From: Candidatus Omnitrophota bacterium
GTDB lineage: Bacteria > Omnitrophota > Gorgyraeia > Zapsychrales > Zapsychraceae
Length of the DNA stretch: 64,000 nt
Assembly (NCBI GenBank): GCA_029261065.1
Contig: JAJDCB010000013.1
Coordinates: 9,868 to 73,867 of the forward strand
Direction: 5' to 3'
Shown one piece after another: positions 59,001 through 64,000 of this stretch. The translations under genes were made by a program, and so were the position numbers. Each line of letters starts with the position of its first letter. Positions within the stretch are counted from its first letter, which is position 1. Under the pieces are notes generated by a model that saw only the letters and a program-made list of their open reading frames with translations, did no database searches and had not been told where the DNA came from.

Positions 59001-59484
59001 CCAAAATAATACGTCTATCTTCTGGTTTAGCACTAACAACCAAATCAACTTTACCTTGCTGAACCAAAGAATAAGCCTCAGCGCCAATTCCTGTACCCAT
59101 CAACATCTCATTGATATCTTTTAAACGAACATTTGTTTTATTTAATAAGTATTCGCTTTCACCCGAACGAAATACGCGGCGTGTGATTGTGACTTCATCA
59201 TATTCGATAGGTAACATACGTGATTCATTGGAGAATGTAAGGCTGACTTCAGCAAATCCAAGGGAAGGTTTTTTTTCTGTACCATTAAAAATAACATCTT
59301 CTTTTGATGAACCGCGCAACTCTTTCATGCTTTGTTCACCTAAAACCCAACGAATAGAATCAAACACGTTACTTTTCCCACATCCATTAGGTCCAACAAT
59401 AGCCGTAATACCTGGCTCAAAATTGAGTACTGTTTTATCAGCAAAAGATTTAAAACCAAATATTTCCAACTTTTTAAAATACAT
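56074..59484 (-). CDS. smc: Chromosome segregation protein SMC (atypical short hinge)
   Basis: GFKSFAD, Walker A GPNGCGKSN, Q-loop QQG, long coiled coils, G.VNL.AIEEY, PPGKK, LSGGE, Walker B LDEIDAALD and ITH; SD GAGGAG. Confidence 0.96.
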   Translation of the reverse strand: MYFKKLEIFGFKSFADKTVLNFEPGITAIVGPNGCGKSNVFDSIRWVLGEQSMKELRGSSKEDVIFNGTEKKPSLGFAEVSLTFSNESRMLPIEYDEVTITRRVFRSGESEYLLNKTNVRLKDINEMLMGTGIGAEAYSLVQQGKVDLVVSAKPEDRRIILDEASGITKYKTKKKEALNKLKDADNNLLRVTDITTEVKRQIGSIERQANKARKYKVEYEKLKDIEVKMAQYELGTFSGRKFAIQELVESHKEKDIQLTKELEELNQLLENETQFIAEIEQKINEVHAEEIKLEGQIDLNNRQISFNEERIASMNENEKKSVDQKEQLIVRCKTQQDKLETLKQEVAVLKEEVEADKSRLEQSKQEQSDIERIIRESKEKIKDHEEKILGLTSKQVHIRNRLTDIMKEIQGGLARKRRLEFENDKVSNEKQEIDMKSKNMDYQINSLQGSICELKITKSHHDHVLNELKLWLESIEEEIDDQEKQKLFLKSQKEFIEKMHAQYKDIPDPIIEGRLITQTPPLDHHTGIIGKVKEVAPIGHQRLNQLGMDSSDFNPVQLYEIVCETKFIELDPQQITLKIEEISREIESLEGRQAELQEHLNKQNESCEYFLHEIQTKEKAYSILEAQKKDIIEEAQKLKGEIDLVDSELDEVNETLASFKKQEEELNYEIDTVNQELSWCQNDIRKQQDGIAENAATRESIAITTAQLETEIQAKNDKYANLEDNQKIFTETLDGWLEEINKIDEEVSSFQAKRQQFKDEIDEWIDAIDELKRNKESIESVLSEYQTQKEDVSIRIGGVRTNIDAIEEEIIKIKKELHDSQMKEQELEFSERGIKDRLLQAYKLDLDNLPVKEEASSDESQGDEPQQEETAQGQDEDEQLKSALAGLKAQDKKQTKRVEEEIVVTAENIDEIKFQLEKLRKKCDSFGSVNLVAIEEYEELKERFEFLTKQQSDLLEAKSQLMSTINKINRATRQKFMDTFTRVSEEFRIYYRMLFGGGEAQLVLLDPENVLESGIDIVARPPGKKLQSISLLSGGEKTLTAIALIFGVFKVNPSPFCVLDEIDAALDEANVGRFSYLLKEFANIAQFIIITHNKKTMSHADVMYGVTMPETGCSRLVSVDFSEKNEKETDAVPAGV

Positions 59485-59609
59485 AGTTACTCCTCAACCG
59501 CTTTATTTTGAAGTTGTTACCGAATACAATATTTGATATCACTATAACAAGCCTAGTGCTTTAATCAACGGTTTTTATGGTTATTTTTTATAAACTTTAA
59601 GCCCGAATC

Positions 59610-60806
59610 TCAGCTTAAATTTGAGGGCAATGGTAGGTCAATCTCTACATCTTCATCATAGTTAACACCATTTAAACCAAAACCAAAAAGTTTTAAGAAA
59701 TCTGCGCGATAACCAACCAAATCAGCAAAATCCTTAAGGTTTTCTGGCGTTAATTGATCCCAATTCGCTTGTACATCTTGTTGAACATCATCAAGCAACT
59801 CCAAATTATCCATGCGAACCATCCCCTCTTGATCAACAACAACAGGATCCTCATAAAGGGCAGTGCGAAAGAGCCTGTCTATCTGAGCCATACAATCTTC
59901 TTCAACGCCTTTGGCTACCATGACTTTTTTTAATAATATAAAATACAACGGAATAAAGGGAATCGCCGAACTTGATTGAGTAACCAAAGCTTTGTTAACG
60001 GAAATGACAGCTCGACCACCCATCCTTTTAAATCGCTCATCTAAATCCTTAGCCGTTTGCTCCAAATGATCTTTAGCACGGCCTATGGTGCCTCCTCTAT
60101 AAATCGATTTTGTTATCTGTGGCCCCATATAAGAATAAGCCACTGTTTTAGCACCCTCAGCAAGCAATCCAGCCTGATCAAGGGCATCAATCCATAACGT
60201 CCAATCCTCGCCACCCATCACCTTAACCGTTTGATTAATCTCATCCTCATTTGCCCCATGAAGCGTTACGGTTTCTAATTCATGCGTGGACATATCAATC
60301 GATTTATTGGTGTAGTCTTGGCCGATCGGTTTTAAAACAGATTTATTTATTTCACCAGTCTTCGGATCAACACGCCGCGGAGAGGCTAAACTATAAATGA
60401 TTAGATCAACCGAACCCCAATCTTTTTTAATCATCTCTACAACTTGATCTTTGATCTCTTGTGAAAAGGCATCTCCATTAATACTTTTGGCATAAATCCC
60501 TTCTTTGTGAGCTTTCTCTTCAAAGGCAACCGAATTATACCAACCTGCGGTTGCACTTCGTTTTTTATCAGAGGGTTTTTCAAAGAACACACCAATCGTT
60601 GCTGCTTTTAAACCGCCAAAAGATACAGCCACTCGACTAGCTAACCCGTAACCTGTTGATGCCCCAATCACCAATACATTCTTCGGCCCCTTAGTTAAAG
60701 GACCTTGAGCGCGAACATAATCAATATGTTCTTGAACATGTTGGGCACAACCCAAGGGGTGTGCTGTCGTACAAATAAAACCTCTTACCTTTGGTTGAAC
60801 AATCAT
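59610..60806 (-). CDS. fabV: Enoyl-ACP reductase FabV / trans-2-enoyl-CoA reductase
   Basis: PKVRGFICTTAHP.GC, GASTGYGLASR, INGDAFS, YSLASP.R, VMGGEDW, Y..GTIG.AK and KA.VTQ.S.AIP. Confidence 0.96.
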   Translation of the reverse strand: MIVQPKVRGFICTTAHPLGCAQHVQEHIDYVRAQGPLTKGPKNVLVIGASTGYGLASRVAVSFGGLKAATIGVFFEKPSDKKRSATAGWYNSVAFEEKAHKEGIYAKSINGDAFSQEIKDQVVEMIKKDWGSVDLIIYSLASPRRVDPKTGEINKSVLKPIGQDYTNKSIDMSTHELETVTLHGANEDEINQTVKVMGGEDWTLWIDALDQAGLLAEGAKTVAYSYMGPQITKSIYRGGTIGRAKDHLEQTAKDLDERFKRMGGRAVISVNKALVTQSSSAIPFIPLYFILLKKVMVAKGVEEDCMAQIDRLFRTALYEDPVVVDQEGMVRMDNLELLDDVQQDVQANWDQLTPENLKDFADLVGYRADFLKLFGFGLNGVNYDEDVEIDLPLPSNLS

Positions 60807-60847
60807 AAATCACCTCTACTCTAAAATTAATATTTCCTTTTTTACAA

Positions 60848-62056
60848 TCATGTCTCTACATGAGATCTTTTAGGGACAATGACAATACCCGAAGCTGTTA
60901 AATTAAATCTCTTTTTATCTAACTCCAAATCATAACCTATTTTACTATTTGCAGGAATAACAACCTGCTTATCAATAATAGCATTTTTTATTTTGGCGCC
61001 TTCTCCAACAACAACACTTTCCATAATAACCGAATGACTCACCTCGGCTTGATTCATAATTTTTACATTGGGTGATAAAATCGAATGATCGACCACACCG
61101 CCCTCAATCATACACCCTCCTGAAATCATCGAATCATTAATCGCACTAGGCCCAGAAGGCGTACTCACCATTTTTACAGGAGGATGTTGTTCATGAAAAG
61201 TGCGCACAGGCCAATTTTTATCAAACAAATTAAAATCCGGTTTATGTTTTAACAAATCCATATTCGATTCATAATAAGCATCCCGCGTTCCAATATCTCT
61301 CCAATATTTCGGATCACCTTTCTCATCGACAAAATCATAAACATAAACTTTCTTACCTCTTGAAAGCATTTGAGGAATCACATTTTTTCCAAAATCATGG
61401 GCAGATACTTGATTAGCATCTATCTCAAGTTCATTTAATAAAACATCTCTATTAAATAAATAAATCCCCATAGATGCAAAAATTTGATCAGGTTGCGAGG
61501 GAATCGTTTTAGGGGTATCCGGTTTTTCTTGAAATCCTCGAACGTGTTGATCCGAATCCACCTCGATAACTCCAAAATCTTTTGACGTCGCTTTAGACAT
61601 AGGAATACACGCCACCGTCATATCAGCATTCTTCTCTTGATGAAAATTCATCATGTGCCGATAATCCATTTTATAAATATGGTCACCTGCTAAAATTAAA
61701 ATGTGTTCTGGATTACAATCATGAATGGCATAAATATTTTGATAAATAGCATCAGCCGTACCCCGATACCATTCGGCGTTGATTCGCTGTTGAGCGGGGA
61801 TAACATCAATAAATTCGCCTAATTGATTAGAAACAATATCCCATCCTGAAAGAAGATGTTTTTGAAGAGAAAAAGATTTGTATTGAGTTAAAACATATAT
61901 TCGTCTTAATCCGGAATTGATACAGTTACTTAATGTAAAATCAATAATCCGATAAATACCACCAAAAGGGACAGCCGGTTTAGTACGATCACGCGTTAGC
62001 GGATCAAGCCGTTCGCCTCTTCCTCCGGCTAATATAAATGTTAATGTATTTCGCAT
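60848..62056 (-). CDS. glgC: Glucose-1-phosphate adenylyltransferase (ADP-glucose pyrophosphorylase)
   Basis: ILAGG.G.RL.PLT..R.KPAVPFGG.YR, WY.GTADA, GDH.YKMDY, EKP, YWRD.GT and a beta-helix. Start placed at MRNTL because the ORF-track extension runs into repeats. Confidence 0.97.
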   Translation of the reverse strand: MRNTLTFILAGGRGERLDPLTRDRTKPAVPFGGIYRIIDFTLSNCINSGLRRIYVLTQYKSFSLQKHLLSGWDIVSNQLGEFIDVIPAQQRINAEWYRGTADAIYQNIYAIHDCNPEHILILAGDHIYKMDYRHMMNFHQEKNADMTVACIPMSKATSKDFGVIEVDSDQHVRGFQEKPDTPKTIPSQPDQIFASMGIYLFNRDVLLNELEIDANQVSAHDFGKNVIPQMLSRGKKVYVYDFVDEKGDPKYWRDIGTRDAYYESNMDLLKHKPDFNLFDKNWPVRTFHEQHPPVKMVSTPSGPSAINDSMISGGCMIEGGVVDHSILSPNVKIMNQAEVSHSVIMESVVVGEGAKIKNAIIDKQVVIPANSKIGYDLELDKKRFNLTASGIVIVPKRSHVET

Positions 62057-62080
62057 TAAAAGTTTTTTCCTAACAGTGTT

Positions 62081-62279
62081 GGATTCCCGCTTCCTGTACT
62101 TCGTCACAATTAAAGTAATAAAACGAAGCTTGTCGTCCCGGACTTGATCCGGGATCTAAAATTTGGTGTTGATAACAATGCCTGTTCCCGTAGATTCCCG
62201 CTGGAGTTTACCCCATAGGATTCCCGCTTTCGCGGGAATGACATAAGGGGCGGGAATGACAGATGAAGTGGGATTGACA
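62081..62279. repeat. Nested array of REP/dRS3-like hairpin units
   Basis: Units at 62131-62157, at 62192-62261 (containing a complete unit at 62218-62243) and outer half-units at 62081-62093 and 62265-62279. Confidence 0.85.
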
Positions 62280-62303
62280 TAATCAAGGAACCAATCTCCA
62301 CGT

Positions 62304-62331
62304 ATTATAACGAACTTTATTTATTTTTCAA
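62304..62331 (-). promoter_or_regulatory. Predicted promoter for glgC-fabV
   Basis: Minus strand TTGAAA-16 bp-TATAAT overlapping the end of the upstream gene. Confidence 0.5.
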
Positions 62332-64000
62332 CTCATCCAATAAATTAAGGATTTCTTCATTATTGGGGCTAGATAAAAGGGCTCTTTCAAACGATATTCT
62401 CGCCTGCTCTAAATCTCCTTGAGCCTTGTGCAATAAACCATATTTCTTATGGATTAAATCTTGATGGGTTCCAACAGAGGCCGCCAAATCAAATATTTTT
62501 TTAGCTGCTTCAAGATTACCTGTGGCCTCAAAAACCTCCCCAATATTAATCACATCAACAATGGCCCCAGGATTACTCTTTATGACAGAGGCCAAGATTT
62601 TATATGATTTGTCGATATTATCATCCTGAGCATAAGATCTTGCTAATAAAAAGTAGCCTTTCATCTCTTGCGGCCACAACTCTATAATGGTCTTATACTG
62701 CTCAATAGCCCCTTTATAGTTTTCAAGATCATAATAAGCCAACGCTAAGTTAAAGCGCATTTCTTTATCCTTAGGTGTTAACAACACAGCTATACGAAAA
62801 TATTCAAATGCATTTAAATAATCTTTTCTCTTAGCATAAATCTTACCAATAAGTTGATACGGCTCCGCATAACCAGGAACTGTTTTCACCGCCTCCATCG
62901 CCTCAAGAAGCGCAGCATCATCTAAATCTAAACTTTCCAATGTATAAGCCCGATAATAATTTTGATACGGAATAATACGTTTAGGACCTAACTTTTGACG
63001 ATCAAAAGCATCCACCGTAATATCTTCAAAATTAAAAACAAATTTGTCTATAACATCTCGATTGATATCAATATCTTTTAAAAAGATGACAGCATCAAAA
63101 TCAAAATAAACCAACTTCCATTCTTCTTGTTCTCTAAAATATTTCAACAATGGTGGAGCAATATGTTGTTTGGTCGAGTTTAGTAGAATACCCGTTATCG
63201 GATATTGTTTAAGCTTCTCTTTTAAAAGAGCCACATCACCATCTATAATCTTTTTATATTCAATAAAAAATTCACTTCCATACGCCTCGGTTCGTCCGTC
63301 GATGAAAACTTTAATGCGAGGATGAGTCCGCCCTAATAAATAAGCGCCAGAATTAAAATCATTAAAGAAGTTCCCCTCTATCTCATTATCGACCAAAAAA
63401 TCTACAGCCTTATAGGCGAAATTTCGCTTTGAAACTCCTCGGTATTCACTTTTATACTCAAAAGTATCAAAATCAAAATAACTTCTGGTAGCAACGCCTT
63501 CTGCAAAACTAAGAATAAGAATAAAAAATAAAAGATGCAAAACAGCTGCCGTCAGATAATAAAACTTCTTAGCCGTAAAACGAATAGGAATTAAATCCTT
63601 ATAAGAAAAAGAAAGTGTATTTGTGATAATGACTAAATAAGCAGCAAAAGCAAAATACGACATGTTTCTAGCAGCGGATAAAGAAAAAATAAGAAAGACT
63701 AACCAAAAAAACAATGCACTAATATCTATTCTACGACGATTAAAAACGAAAGAAACAAAAGACAAGAAAATCAATAATTTAAACTGTCCATACCGATCAA
63801 AGTTAAAAAAATCACTTATAGATAAAATCGGCCTTTGTAACTCTTGAATGTATTTAAAAAACACACTATGATCACCCGAAATTGAGAAGAATATCCCCAA
63901 AGGATACAGGGCGCCTTTTACAAAATGAGGATTTACAAGACAGGCTAAGATAACAAAGATAAGAATACGCCTTAACCTTGTATACTCTTCATCAGAGAGC
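62317..64000 (-). CDS. Partial (5' end beyond the window) polytopic membrane GT-C-like protein with C-terminal TPRs
   Basis: The frame stays open to the window end (..ILACLVNPHF..); contains ARN, FNDFNSGAYL and FIDGRTE.Y motifs, then TPR helices. Confidence 0.8.
   Translation of the reverse strand, partial: LSDEEYTRLRRILIFVILACLVNPHFVKGALYPLGIFFSISGDHSVFFKYIQELQRPILSISDFFNFDRYGQFKLLIFLSFVSFVFNRRRIDISALFFWLVFLIFSLSAARNMSYFAFAAYLVIITNTLSFSYKDLIPIRFTAKKFYYLTAAVLHLLFFILILSFAEGVATRSYFDFDTFEYKSEYRGVSKRNFAYKAVDFLVDNEIEGNFFNDFNSGAYLLGRTHPRIKVFIDGRTEAYGSEFFIEYKKIIDGDVALLKEKLKQYPITGILLNSTKQHIAPPLLKYFREQEEWKLVYFDFDAVIFLKDIDINRDVIDKFVFNFEDITVDAFDRQKLGPKRIIPYQNYYRAYTLESLDLDDAALLEAMEAVKTVPGYAEPYQLIGKIYAKRKDYLNAFEYFRIAVLLTPKDKEMRFNLALAYYDLENYKGAIEQYKTIIELWPQEMKGYFLLARSYAQDDNIDKSYKILASVIKSNPGAIVDVINIGEVFEATGNLEAAKKIFDLAASVGTHQDLIHKKYGLLHKAQGDLEQARISFERALLSSPNNEEILNLLDELKNK

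Noticed and set aside
62057-62301. 63-aa ORF and the MTKYRKRES extension of glgC; also considered as a mini-CRISPR
   Set aside because: These are translations of REP-like repeats (SFPRKRES). The units are nested or inverted, not regularly spaced direct repeats with unique spacers, and no cas genes are present.

Overview
AT-rich bacterial chromosomal window in which every credible gene (about 60 CDS, one tRNA, RNase P RNA) lies on the minus strand. The gene content (several TPR-bearing GT-C glycosyltransferases, a Memo-AMMECR1 fusion, a CheX-like/CheY pair, fabV, pckA) suggests a diderm, possibly a PVC-group lineage such as Omnitrophota; this is inference only. The right half is core housekeeping: glgC, fabV, smc, cvpA, dnaG, rpoD, tRNA-CAT, zinc-ribbon protein, rnhA, rnpB, yebC, ruvC, ruvA, scpB, pheA, hisC, aroF, tyrA, cmk, lepA, lepB, pgsA-like, plsY. 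The left half holds envelope, redox and glycosylation genes plus a peptidase/ATP-grasp/TraB unit and lexA. I saw no CRISPR, prophage, transposase or defence island. Most notable observations: (1) an otherwise intact SMC whose hinge is replaced by a segment of about 75 aa lacking the canonical hinge motifs; (2) a translationally coupled zinc-peptidase + non-canonical ATP-grasp ligase + TraB/GumN unit; (3) a SirB1/transglutaminase-like + YccV/HspQ fusion; (4) a candidate new LexA operator in an apparently leaderless lexA promoter; (5) a family of dRS3/REP-like hairpins, including a three-layer nested array upstream of glgC; (6) an RNase P RNA with a 73-nt extra helix and apparently no P13/P14. 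All family assignments come from motif recognition by eye, not from database searches.
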